Origin: Bacillales bacterium UBA6865
Lineage (GTDB): Bacteria > Bacillota_I > Bacilli_A > RFN20 > CAG-826
Length of the DNA stretch: 64,000 bases
Reading direction: 5' to 3'
NCBI GenBank assembly: GCA_002449265.1
Contig: DKCV01000016.1
Location: 28,718 to 92,717, forward strand
The translations under genes and the position numbers were made by a program. The notes under the pieces were generated by a model. It had not been told where the DNA came from and did not search any database. It saw only the letters and a program-made list of their open reading frames with translations. How positions within the stretch are numbered: position 1 is the stretch's first letter; each line of letters starts with the position of its first letter. Shown piece after piece: positions 47,768 to 56,550 of the stretch.

Positions 47768-49018
47768 ATGAAAAAAATTAGTGAAGCAGTGCAAGTTGCC
47801 TCGATTGGCAAAAGGGTTGGGGGCTTTCTCCTCGATTTCGGAATTACTTTTGTTCTATATCTTGTAGTTCTTTATTCTTTGGGCGCGAATGTGCTTACGA
47901 GCGCTTTTGGCGCTAAGCAAGACACAGCAAATTATTTCTCTTATGTGACGGATTCGGGACTATTCGAATACGGCGACAATAAGAAAATGTCGGTTCAAGT
48001 TGTCGGAACGAATGTGATGAATCGCTCGTCCGATATCAATAATCCTCCTTCTTTATATAAGGATAGCTATTATCCGGCCATAAAATATTTTTATTGCGAC
48101 TTCTTGAAAAACGATAGCCGTATCGATAACCGCGAAGCTGCTGGACAAGAGTATCTTTATACGACTATTTTTGGCTTACCAAGTTTTGATTCTATTAATG
48201 GGCAATCGGCAAAATCGGATGATAATAAGCTTTATGGGGAGAGCAAATATTATCGATATTCCCTAGATAAGGAAGGGAAAGCCGATGTCACGCTTGATTT
48301 ATCCCTCCAAGATAACTACCAAAAGGTGATCGATAGTGGTTCTAACGAAGAAAAAGCGAAATTAGTTCGTGAGCTAAATGCCTATTACTATAGTGATAGC
48401 AATTCCTTGATTTATCGCGCGAATAGCTTCTTACTTAACCAAAACTATTATCGCGTTTTAAGCAATCACTCCAAGATGGCAAATTGGTCCATCCGCTTAA
48501 TCTGCTATCTCCCTATTTCTTTCACCTTCTTCGCTTTAATCCCTTTGATTCGGAAAAACGGTGAGACACTTGGGAAGCTTGTTTCTAAGACTTGCTTGGC
48601 TAATGAAGAAGGATATCAAGTTACGATGAAAGAAAAAGCGATTCGTAGCGCCTTCATGTTCTTGTTATCTTCCATCTGCGTGATTGCTCCAATTTCCCCG
48701 TTTTATCTATTCTTCGCCTTCCTTGGCGTTTGCCTGATTGATTATGTTTTGATGATTGTTGGGAAAGATGATTCCCGTAGAGGAATTCAAGACCGTCTTG
48801 CTAAGACTCTTGTTGTGGATAAATTACATAGTCAAATCTTTATTGATAATCAAGACGAAGAGCTTCATTTCATGAATCAAGGCAAAGTTTCTAGTTCACA
48901 AAATGACACTTCTAGCGATGACATTGTTGATTATGATTCCATTAAAAAATCGCGAAAAGAATTATTCGGTAACTCCGAAGTGAAAGCTGCGGAAGTAGAA
49001 GATAAAAACAAGGATTAA
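47768..49018 (+). CDS. RDD-family-like membrane protein with a large inserted hydrophilic region
   Basis: N-terminal ASIGKRVGGFLLDFGITFVLYLV and later RKNGETLGKLVSKTCL resemble RDD-domain signatures. ~200 aa hydrophilic insert. Acidic and Ser-rich tail. Confidence 0.55.
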   Translation: MKKISEAVQVASIGKRVGGFLLDFGITFVLYLVVLYSLGANVLTSAFGAKQDTANYFSYVTDSGLFEYGDNKKMSVQVVGTNVMNRSSDINNPPSLYKDSYYPAIKYFYCDFLKNDSRIDNREAAGQEYLYTTIFGLPSFDSINGQSAKSDDNKLYGESKYYRYSLDKEGKADVTLDLSLQDNYQKVIDSGSNEEKAKLVRELNAYYYSDSNSLIYRANSFLLNQNYYRVLSNHSKMANWSIRLICYLPISFTFFALIPLIRKNGETLGKLVSKTCLANEEGYQVTMKEKAIRSAFMFLLSSICVIAPISPFYLFFAFLGVCLIDYVLMIVGKDDSRRGIQDRLAKTLVVDKLHSQIFIDNQDEELHFMNQGKVSSSQNDTSSDDIVDYDSIKKSRKELFGNSEVKAAEVEDKNKD

Positions 49019-49078
49019 CCCACTCTTTTTGAAGGAAAAAAGTTAAATAACACTCCTTATTTCGTCACAAGAAACTCC

Positions 49079-49107
49079 TTGCGGTTACTACCCTTTTAGT
49101 ATATGAT
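49079..49107 (+). promoter_or_regulatory. Candidate promoter of tRNA-Lys
   Basis: TTGCGG, 17 nt spacer, TATGAT. The -10 box ends 10 nt before the first tRNA nucleotide. Confidence 0.45.
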
Positions 49108-49117
49108 AATCCGCGCT

Positions 49118-49167
<50 letters not shown>

Positions 49168-49193
<26 letters not shown>

Positions 49194-49296
49194 TTAAGTG
49201 ATTATTCCTACCTTTGCATGGTTGATGGCTATATGCCTATCATCGTGGATACGGATAAGTTTAAGCAAGCGATGGCAAAAAGTCGTCGAAATAGAG
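49168..49296 (+). repeat. Left copy of a diverged ~125-bp direct repeat (tRNA T-arm/3' end plus ~100 nt downstream)
   Basis: GGGTTCGAGTCC...CCATTAAGTGATTATTCCT...AAAAGTCGTCGAAATAGAG aligns colinearly with 52110-52232, roughly three quarters identical by eye. Confidence 0.7.
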
Positions 49297-49300
49297 CTTC

Positions 49301-49326
49301 AGCCTCACGAAGGTTGAGGCTTTTTT
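49301..49326 (+). terminator. Rho-independent terminator downstream of tRNA-Lys
   Basis: AGCCTCA-cgaaggt-TGAGGCT followed by T6. Confidence 0.8.
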
Positions 49327-49370
49327 CGACCTTGTTTTAAGCGGCGGTCGCCAGGGGATTTCAGCCCGCG

Positions 49371-49919
49371 GTGGGTTCGAACTCCCGAACCAGGAAGCCG
49401 AAGTCTGGAAACCGGATACGTGCAGGCAGTAAAATAGTGACAACGTATTTTTCGCCATTGGCGAATCGCGAACGGAGGTGCCTTAGGACGAACAAGGAGA
49501 TTGCCAAGCGATACGGGCATCTCACCGTCATCACGGAGACGGACAAGAGATACCATTCGACCAAGATTTACCTCTGTCGGTGCGACTGCGGCAACACGTG
49601 CTACGTCTGCACGTCCTGGGTGACCAACGGGACGACCGTCTCCTGTGGATGCAAGAACGATGAGAACCGGGCCAACGTAAAGAACCTGGACTCAGGGCTT
49701 ATCGATGGGGCGAGGATATCGTCCATAAAGGAAGACCGGAAGATTAATAACAACACGTCCGGGGTGAGTTTCGACGAGAGCAGGGGGCTATGGGTAGCCC
49801 AACTGGCCTTCAAGAGGAAAAATCACGTGCTCGGCAGGTTCAAGACAAAGAGAGAAGCGATAAAGGCCAGGAAAGTCGGAGAGGAAAAGTACTTTGGTAA
49901 ATATAGATTTATTAATTAG
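49371..49919 (+). CDS. AP2-domain DNA-binding protein (mobile-element type); start codon unresolved, possibly a pseudogene
   Basis: YGHLTVI...CRCDCGN...SCGC Cys cluster, then TSGVSFDESRGLWVAQLAFKRKNHVLGRFKTKREAIKARKVGEEKYFG (AP2-like). The ORF has no ATG or internal Met; only GTG 49371, GTG 49437 and TTG 49458 are in frame, none with a good SD. Hand-counted GC is 36/60 at 49561-49620. Confidence 0.5.
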   Translation: MGSNSRTRKPKSGNRIRAGSKIVTTYFSPLANRERRCLRTNKEIAKRYGHLTVITETDKRYHSTKIYLCRCDCGNTCYVCTSWVTNGTTVSCGCKNDENRANVKNLDSGLIDGARISSIKEDRKINNNTSGVSFDESRGLWVAQLAFKRKNHVLGRFKTKREAIKARKVGEEKYFGKYRFIN

Positions 49920-49967
49920 TGTGATAATCTAAAAAGATAATTATATATTTGCAATTATGGAGGTTAT

Positions 49968-51671
49968 ATGAAGATTACACCGAGTAATTTCTTAGATGTT
50001 CTAAACAGCTGTGTTCAATATCAAATTCCCATTTATCAAAGGAATTATGCGTGGGGAGTTGAGCAATGTCTAAGACTCATTAAGGATGTAGTGAAAGCAG
50101 GAACCTCTGGCAATCCCTGTCATTTCATTGGCTCAGTAATTGTAAAAACTGAGCCTTCAACAGCTGTAAACGTCCTTAATGTGATCGACGGACAGCAGAG
50201 ATTGACAAGCGTCTCTTTATTGCTGCTGTCGCTTAGGGAATATTGCAAACATCCAACAACTACTATCAAAAATGATGTATTAAAACTTGCAATACTAAAT
50301 CTTTTCGAAAGCTTTTTAGTAAATAATGCATTTAGAGGTATCAGTTTTTATTACAAGCTCCAGCCTAAAGAGGGCAGCGATAGAAATGAATACGAACGTC
50401 TTCTATTAGGTATCGATGGCCAAGGGAAAATGACTAAGAATTATCGTTTTTTCGTGAAGTATATGCTAGATAACAAGATTGAGCCGGAAGTCATTTATAT
50501 GGGCATCAAAAAAGCACAGCTTGCATTAGTGTCCCTTGATCAAGCTGATAATCCGCAGTTTCTTTTTGAGGCCGTGAACGATACAGGGGTTGATCTAACG
50601 GAAGTCGATCTTGTCCGTAATTGGATCTTTATGGGGCTTTCCAATGCAGAGCAGGAAAAGCTCTATAAAGCATACTGGTCACCAATGGAAGACGAGATAA
50701 CAGATTTGAATGAGTTTTTGCGCTATTACACTGAAATGAAATGTGGCAATACTGTTGGAAATAAGTATTATTCGAATTTTAAGAAAGCTTTTATTTTAAG
50801 CGTATCTAATTATTCCTCAGTAGAGAAACTTCTCATTGAGATCCAACATTATTCCAAAATCTATTACGACTTCATTAATTCTGCATTCCATGAAAAAGAA
50901 ATAAACCAACAACTAGAAAAAATAGTGCATGCTGACCAGAGGTTATTCACGCCGTTGATTCTTAAAGTCTTAAATTATTATTCGGAAGGTAGAACCGACA
51001 AAGCAGACACATTATCCATACTTCTCCATCTGGAATCGTATTTAGTTAGAAGAGATATCTTAGGAATACCGACAAATACATTAGGCAGAGCCATGGTTTT
51101 GATGCTGTCTAAATGCTCATCTAAAAGTGATTTTGATGCTTGTCTAAACTCTCTTCCTTATCGTCAGCGTGACCCTGACGACAAAGAATTAGAAATTCAG
51201 TTGGAAAGTCTCGATTTCTATCATTTGGGAAAAGCCTATTATTATCTTTATAGAATCGAGAAATATCGGAATCAAGCCTTTTCTTTGGACGATCCAACTA
51301 TTGAACATATTTTACCCGAAACCATGCACACAAACTCTTTTCCAAAGGGAGGCGTGAGTAATCCTTCAGATTATAATTGGGAATTAGATCTCGGCCCTAA
51401 TGCCAGGACCATTCATGATATTCATCAACACGTCTTAGGCAACTTAACAATTTTACCAAGAGCTGAAAATTCAAAAATGGGTGATTTAAGATTCGAAAAG
51501 AAGAAGGATTATCCATCCAAAGCAGGGGATGGATTCAATTACGGCTATAATTTCACACCTATTCGTATTAGTCAAAGCTTGAAAAATTATTCCAAATGGG
51601 ATGAAAAGTCTATTTTAAAGAGGACAAAAGAACTTTCTGACCTTATTTGTGAAATCTGGCCACATCCATAG
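49968..51671 (+). CDS. DUF262/DUF1524 two-domain protein (GmrSD/BrxU-like type IV restriction-type nuclease)
   Basis: 567 aa with SD GGAGG. N-terminal IPIYQRNYAW and DGQQRLTS (DUF262/ParB-like). C-terminal IEHILPE and HVLGNLTILPRAENSKMGD (DUF1524 His-Me finger). Hand-counted GC is 15/60 at 50281-50340. Confidence 0.8.
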   Translation: MKITPSNFLDVLNSCVQYQIPIYQRNYAWGVEQCLRLIKDVVKAGTSGNPCHFIGSVIVKTEPSTAVNVLNVIDGQQRLTSVSLLLLSLREYCKHPTTTIKNDVLKLAILNLFESFLVNNAFRGISFYYKLQPKEGSDRNEYERLLLGIDGQGKMTKNYRFFVKYMLDNKIEPEVIYMGIKKAQLALVSLDQADNPQFLFEAVNDTGVDLTEVDLVRNWIFMGLSNAEQEKLYKAYWSPMEDEITDLNEFLRYYTEMKCGNTVGNKYYSNFKKAFILSVSNYSSVEKLLIEIQHYSKIYYDFINSAFHEKEINQQLEKIVHADQRLFTPLILKVLNYYSEGRTDKADTLSILLHLESYLVRRDILGIPTNTLGRAMVLMLSKCSSKSDFDACLNSLPYRQRDPDDKELEIQLESLDFYHLGKAYYYLYRIEKYRNQAFSLDDPTIEHILPETMHTNSFPKGGVSNPSDYNWELDLGPNARTIHDIHQHVLGNLTILPRAENSKMGDLRFEKKKDYPSKAGDGFNYGYNFTPIRISQSLKNYSKWDEKSILKRTKELSDLICEIWPHP

Positions 51672-51789
51672 ACTAAAAATTAAAAGTCTTTTGGAGAGCG
51701 ACCATCTGACGTTTTCCATTTTGCATGATAAAGGCAATATAATTTTCACCAATTTGGGGAAAATAAGATTCACCAGTATTGGTTAACTG

Positions 51790-51998
51790 CTAATCGTCTT
51801 TGAACAGCCCCTCCTTCCCTTTCATTCGGTATGACGGCCCTACGATCTGGAACACCTTCGAGTGGTGCAGTATCCGATCCAGGATGGCGTTCGCTATCAC
51901 CGAGTCCCCGAAGACCTCGCCCCAGTGGTTGAAGCCCTTGTTCGTGGTGAAAATCGTCGGGTGCTTCTCGTATCTCATGGATATCAGCTGGAATGGAT
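51790..51998 (-). pseudogene. 3' fragment of an IS21-family istB (helper ATPase) gene
   Basis: The translation QLISMRYEKHPTIFTTNKGFNHWGEVFGDSVIANAILDRILHHSKVFQIVGPSYRMK matches the conserved C-terminal third of IstB. Walker motifs and istA are absent. The segment is GC-rich. Confidence 0.75.
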
Positions 51999-52043
51999 GG
52001 AAACAAATTACGCCATAGATGCCCGGAAACAAATTACGTCATA
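51999..52043 (-). repeat. Two 19-nt direct repeats spaced 26 nt apart (IS21-type multiple terminal repeats)
   Basis: GGAAACAAATTACGCCATA (51999-52017) and GGAAACAAATTACGTCATA (52025-52043), 18/19 identical. The outer end reads TGTCAT on the minus strand (52044-52049). Confidence 0.6.
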
Positions 52044-52109
52044 ATGACAATAAAAGCAGATGATATAAAACCGATAAAGTCACAAGGGTAAAACGTGAAG
52101 TTTCCCCAT

Positions 52110-52232
52110 GGGTGCGAATCCAAACGGGTCGCCATTAAGTGATTGTTCCTATCTTCGCTTAGTCGATGACTTTATGCTCATCACTATGGTCGTAGAGAAG
52201 TTAAAATGACGACAAAAGTCGTTGAAATAGAA
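52110..52232 (+). repeat. Right copy of the diverged direct repeat (degenerate tRNA 3'-end-like segment plus downstream sequence)
   Basis: GGGTGCGAATCCAAACGGGTCGCCATTAAGTGATTGTTCCT...AAAAGTCGTTGAAATAGAAG. The T-arm part no longer folds. Confidence 0.7.
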
Positions 52233-52670
52233 GTCTGAGTCTTAATTACTGGTTTTTATTCTCCTACTTTGCGAGGAGCGAGGTTTCAGTTGGCTTTTTC
52301 GTGAGGTGAGCTGATCCATCGCCTCACGATAAGACGCTAAGGGCTTTTCAAAATTCATTTGCCTAGCGACATTGTATAGAAAAGATCGCGTGAAATCGAC
52401 CGTAAATGCTCATTAGTAAAGAAGAGTCAGGATAAAGATGGCAGGATAACAATCGTCGATAATGACCACCCTCTAATAACCAACTTGTCCCTACGAAATT
52501 GAAGTCGTTAAAATGACACTTAAGCTAATTTTTTTGTTTTTGAAAACAATGTTTTCACTTTTATAAAGTTCTATAGCGAGTAGAGTTTTTTCTATTTTTT
52601 AGTGTAGGAAATTCCATTTTCATTCATTACGAATAGGGTTACAAGTAAGGGTGAAAGCGAGAAGAACACA

Positions 52671-53906
52671 ATGAAAAATAGAAAAATGTACATATGTTTA
52701 TTTGCGTTTTTGCCGATTTTCTTTTTAGTAGGGTGCCGACCTAATCAGCAAAGCTCTAATGGCAGTGGCGCCTCTTCTTTATCGACGGAAGCCTCTAATG
52801 GGAATGAAGAACCTTCCTCTTCTAGCGGGTCTAGTTCATCTGGAGCTGGAGGTAGTGGCGGAGAAATCACCCCTTCACCTATAGAGGAAAAAAGCGAATC
52901 GCAGGAATTGTTGGAATTTGATAAATACGAGAACAATCGTTTTTATACGGTAACCGGGTTTAAGGACGGCATTAATGAAAAATACGCAAACGCGCGAAAG
53001 CTTGTTATACCTTCTCACTACAAAGGACTTGCTGTAAGGCATATTGCGCATCAAGCTTTTTCCGGAAATTCTTTTATTGAAAGCGTTTCTTTGCCTTCCA
53101 CCATAATAGAAATAGGCTCCGAAGCATTTAAAGGGATAAAAAGCCTTGCTTCTATTTACGTGTCTCCGCAAAACAAGTGCTACAAGTCAATCGATGGGGT
53201 TTTGTTTCATATAGAGAAAATAGATGATAACGAATTATTGGTCTTTCCGCCTCAAAAGCGCGCAGATTCATTTTTGATTCCGTCCGATGTTACTTCGATC
53301 AGGGAATTTGCTTTCTTGCATTGTTTCTCTTTGAAAACTATCAAAATACCTGCAACAATCACTTCTATTGGTTATGGAGCCTTTAACGATTGCAAATTCT
53401 TAGATTCAATCGAGGTGGACGAAAATAATCCATATTTTAAGTCAGTCGATGGAGTCCTCTATTCAAAAGAAAAGGAAACGCCGAAAGAACGATACGGAAG
53501 GAAAGTCATCGTTTATCCAAGCGGAAGAAGCGCGGAGGAATATATCGTTCCGGAGAATGTGAAAGAAATTGGTAGGAATTCCTTTTCTTATAATTCTTAT
53601 TTAACGAAGATTGTTATCCCTGAAACGGTTGAAAGGATCTCAAATTCTGCTTTTCAAGAATGCAAATCCCTTCGTTCCGTCACTATTCCTAGCAGCGTCG
53701 ATGAATTAGGGAGCGAAATATTCCGTAACTGCGAGTCTTTAGTAGAGGTGACAATATTAGGGGCTCCAGATGAGGTGGGGACGAAATTGTTTATTGGATG
53801 CGAATCGCTCAAAAAAGTGATTTTTAGCAAGCTCCGGGGGCCGATGCAAAGTTGGAAGAGCTCTTGGAAAATTGGATGCAAAATAGAGATTACTTGGGCA
53901 AAATGA
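52671..53906 (+). CDS. BspA-type leucine-rich-repeat lipoprotein
   Basis: 411 aa with lipobox LVGC. Ser/Gly-rich linker. LRR_5-like repeats (IPS.V..I...AF..C..L..I.IP). Confidence 0.8.
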   Translation: MKNRKMYICLFAFLPIFFLVGCRPNQQSSNGSGASSLSTEASNGNEEPSSSSGSSSSGAGGSGGEITPSPIEEKSESQELLEFDKYENNRFYTVTGFKDGINEKYANARKLVIPSHYKGLAVRHIAHQAFSGNSFIESVSLPSTIIEIGSEAFKGIKSLASIYVSPQNKCYKSIDGVLFHIEKIDDNELLVFPPQKRADSFLIPSDVTSIREFAFLHCFSLKTIKIPATITSIGYGAFNDCKFLDSIEVDENNPYFKSVDGVLYSKEKETPKERYGRKVIVYPSGRSAEEYIVPENVKEIGRNSFSYNSYLTKIVIPETVERISNSAFQECKSLRSVTIPSSVDELGSEIFRNCESLVEVTILGAPDEVGTKLFIGCESLKKVIFSKLRGPMQSWKSSWKIGCKIEITWAK

Positions 53907-54457
53907 AATCAGCTACGTTTTATTATTTAGTAGAAGATAAATCTTAAGAATGAAGATAGAACGATTTTATTGCTACGCCTTCCTAGACGTTTTAGATTCA
54001 TGATTCATAAACGAGATAGAATAAAAATGAACAAAACAAATAAAAGTGTCTAAATATCGATAACGCCTTACGATATTGACTTGTCTTAGAATTTCTGAAT
54101 TCGAGCAAAAAAGCAAAATAATTTTCAAAAAGATTAAGGAAATTGCGAAAAAATTCTATTCTTCCTTTTCGCTAAATAGATTAGCGGTTAATTAAGTGAA
54201 ATTTCGTTTTAGGGATTTTGAGTGTTATTTTCTAAAAAGGCTTTCATTATCGGCTATTTTAATAAATTAATAGCAAAAATATATTTTTGTAATTTATTTA
54301 ATTAGATTAATTCAGAATAAGAATAAATAAAAAAATAAAAAACATAAAAAGCATAGAAAACATCGTATTTTTTGCTTCCATATTCTTTTGCTTTAATTTA
54401 TGATTTTGCTGCTCGAGCAAGCACAATGATTAAATTTAAATTAAAAGGAGTTATTTT

Positions 54458-55963
54458 ATGAAGAAAATGAATTTAAAACTATTTGTCCTTGCGATGATGG
54501 GATCATTTATGGTGATGGGTTGCTCTATTTCTCCGAATAACTTTGAGAATAAATATCAAGCCTATGTCATTTATCGCCAAGCAGGTGGCGAATTATCCTA
54601 TTTTGAATGGGTTAAGGCTGGTTCCCCAAAAGAGCCTCGCGTAAAACCAGGAAAGAAAGATAATACGATTAAATCCACCCGCATTGATGAACGTGGTCAC
54701 CTTATTATTGAATTTAACGACGGAACTATTCTTGACGCTGGCGAATTCGAGTGCAAACACCTTCCTGTCAATTTCTTTTGCGGCAAAGAGTTATTGAAAG
54801 TCGTCAATGTGAAAATGGGCGAGAAAGTAGAAGAGCCAACTTTCGCTACGTTAAAAATCAAAGGATGGTTCCTTGACGAGGAGCTTACGAAAAAGTGGGA
54901 TTTCGCCAATCAATGTGTTACGTGTGCGACCTCTTTATACGCGGATTATGCGGCGAGCAATATCCATCTTAACTTTGTCGACACCACTCTTAATATCCCT
55001 CTAGAGCCTCAAACGGTTACCTTTGGAGAAAAATATGAACTACCAGAGCCGATTGATTATGCTTCTAAGCACCGTTTCCTTGGCTGGTATTACAACGGAA
55101 AGAAAATCGATAATGAAGGTATTTGGAATATCCCTGACCACGCGAGCTTACTCGCAAAATGGGAAGCGAAAGAAGATTTTGATTTCAATTATTTTGGGCT
55201 ATATCCTCAGACAGCTGTCGTTGACCAGGCTCTTGCAGAGAAAATAGAAGAAAAAGGCAAGAAAGTCTATGCAAATAGAGAAAGAGTCAATTATTACGAA
55301 TACGGTGGATTCCGTTACCGCAAACTTCGATGGGGGAAAGCTTACGCTAGCTATGATAAACCTCACTATTTCCACGATGGAAAAACCAAGGTAATCGCAA
55401 ATAAGGACTATTTCTTTAAGCTTGAGCCACTTCGCTGGAAGAAAATAAAAATTAGCGATAGCGAAGCGATTTGCCTCACCGAAAAAGTGATCAATACCCA
55501 TTACTGTTCTTGGAACTTAGACGATAGGACGATCAACGGGAAAACGGTGAGTCCAAACGAATACGAACATTCCTATTACCGGGCGTGGTTGAATAGCATG
55601 AAGACGGACTATAGCGGCGACTATGGTTTTGGAAACGGCTTCAAAGACAGCGACCTTTTCTTAAACGAAGAGGAAGAAGCAATTCTTCAACCGCATACGC
55701 CATATAACGACAAATTCTTCTTTTTAAGCAAAGAGGAATGCGAGAAATACCTTCCAAAAGAAGAGGATCGTATCGCTGCTATAACCGACTTTGTTATCAC
55801 CTATCGCGAACTTCCGCCAGAAGAAAAAGTGCAATGGGCAACGCGAAGCAGCGGCAACGAGAAAACAAAGGTAATTCTCGTCAATAGCGATGGAACGTAT
55901 GGAGAGTGGCTAAGCCATACCTATAACGGAGTTCGCCCCGCCATTAAGGTGAAACTGAAATAA
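54458..55963 (+). CDS. Lipoprotein with a Listeria-Bacteroides-type repeat and a DUF6273-like domain; paralog of 6026..7579
   Basis: 501 aa with SD AAAGGAG and lipobox VMGC. Colinear with 6026..7579 (YVIYRQAGGELSYFEWV, IKGWFLDEE..KWDF..SLYADY, RFLGWYY, FGLYPQ, RAWLNS, FFFLSKEE, GVRPAIKVKL). Confidence 0.8.
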   Translation: MKKMNLKLFVLAMMGSFMVMGCSISPNNFENKYQAYVIYRQAGGELSYFEWVKAGSPKEPRVKPGKKDNTIKSTRIDERGHLIIEFNDGTILDAGEFECKHLPVNFFCGKELLKVVNVKMGEKVEEPTFATLKIKGWFLDEELTKKWDFANQCVTCATSLYADYAASNIHLNFVDTTLNIPLEPQTVTFGEKYELPEPIDYASKHRFLGWYYNGKKIDNEGIWNIPDHASLLAKWEAKEDFDFNYFGLYPQTAVVDQALAEKIEEKGKKVYANRERVNYYEYGGFRYRKLRWGKAYASYDKPHYFHDGKTKVIANKDYFFKLEPLRWKKIKISDSEAICLTEKVINTHYCSWNLDDRTINGKTVSPNEYEHSYYRAWLNSMKTDYSGDYGFGNGFKDSDLFLNEEEEAILQPHTPYNDKFFFLSKEECEKYLPKEEDRIAAITDFVITYRELPPEEKVQWATRSSGNEKTKVILVNSDGTYGEWLSHTYNGVRPAIKVKLK

Positions 55964-56088
55964 ATCGCAAAGAACCCTCTACTAGCTTAGTGGAGGGTTT
56001 TATTACCCTTAATAATTTTTCTTATTAATTGCCTATTTTTCTTTTCTCCCTAAAAATTCGTACCCATCCTCGATATAATGGAACGCGT

Positions 56089-56550
56089 ATGAAACGAGTG
56101 ACGTTAATCAATATTAAAAAAGCTGCTTCTTATTTGAAAAGAGAAAGCAAAAGAAAATATGTTTCCCTTGATATGCTAGGAGAAGGGATTGGTGTCTATC
56201 CTGATGTTTTGGCGGATAATCTTTCTTCGGTGAACCCCGTTTTACTGATGGATCCTAGCGTAAATATGAAAGACCTTCTTCCCGCGATTGAGGAAACGAT
56301 CCAAAAGGAAGAACAAAAAAGGAAAGAAAATCCCCGCCACTACGAGGTGGTTCGCAAAAAAGAAATGGCGGAATATCCTACCGTAGCAAGTTTTGTCTAT
56401 GCAAAAATGACAAATGCAGGGGGATTAGTGGATACCTCGATTTCTCTTTCTGATCACGATATGCGTTTGCTTAAGAAACTTGTCATTCGTGAACTATCTT
56501 TACGAAGAAAAGCCAAACGCGAAGCCAAAAACAAAATCGCCGTCAAATAG
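56089..56550 (+). CDS. Hypothetical cytoplasmic protein with a basic C-terminus
   Basis: ATG at 56089 chosen over the ORF-track TTG at 56029. 153 aa, no signal peptide. I recognise no family. The SD is weak. Confidence 0.5.
   Translation: MKRVTLINIKKAASYLKRESKRKYVSLDMLGEGIGVYPDVLADNLSSVNPVLLMDPSVNMKDLLPAIEETIQKEEQKRKENPRHYEVVRKKEMAEYPTVASFVYAKMTNAGGLVDTSISLSDHDMRLLKKLVIRELSLRRKAKREAKNKIAVK

Larger units (their letters stand above)
51790..52049 (-). mobile_element. Internally deleted IS21-family remnant (terminal repeats fused to the istB 3' end)
   Basis: The minus strand starts TGTCAT, followed by two 19-nt direct repeats, and abuts the istB fragment directly. Confidence 0.5.
49297..52109. 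mobile_element. Mosaic tRNA-Lys-associated islet (integrative-element remnant; no integrase present)
   Basis: Bracketed by the diverged direct repeats. Contains GC-rich (about 60%), AT-rich (about 25-35%) and GC-rich blocks in that order. Cargo is an AP2-domain ORF, a DUF262/DUF1524 gene and an IS21-type remnant. Confidence 0.5.

Noticed and set aside
49361-49395. GGGTTCGAACTCCC T-loop-like motif at the 5' end of the AP2 ORF as a second tRNA or att core
   Set aside because: Only a 3-bp stem flanks the TTCGAAC loop. No acceptor, D or anticodon arms can be built on either strand. It may be coincidental or a very degraded fragment.
51999-52043. The two 19-nt direct repeats as a minimal CRISPR array
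   Set aside because: There are only two copies with a 7-nt spacer between them, no cas genes and no leader. Their position next to an istB fragment fits IS21 terminal repeats instead.
51770-52044. Alternative-frame ORFs over the IS21 remnant (51770..52006, 51800..52018, 51862..52044)
   Set aside because: Only the 51790..52032 minus frame gives IstB-like sequence. The others are GC-driven open frames without recognisable similarity.
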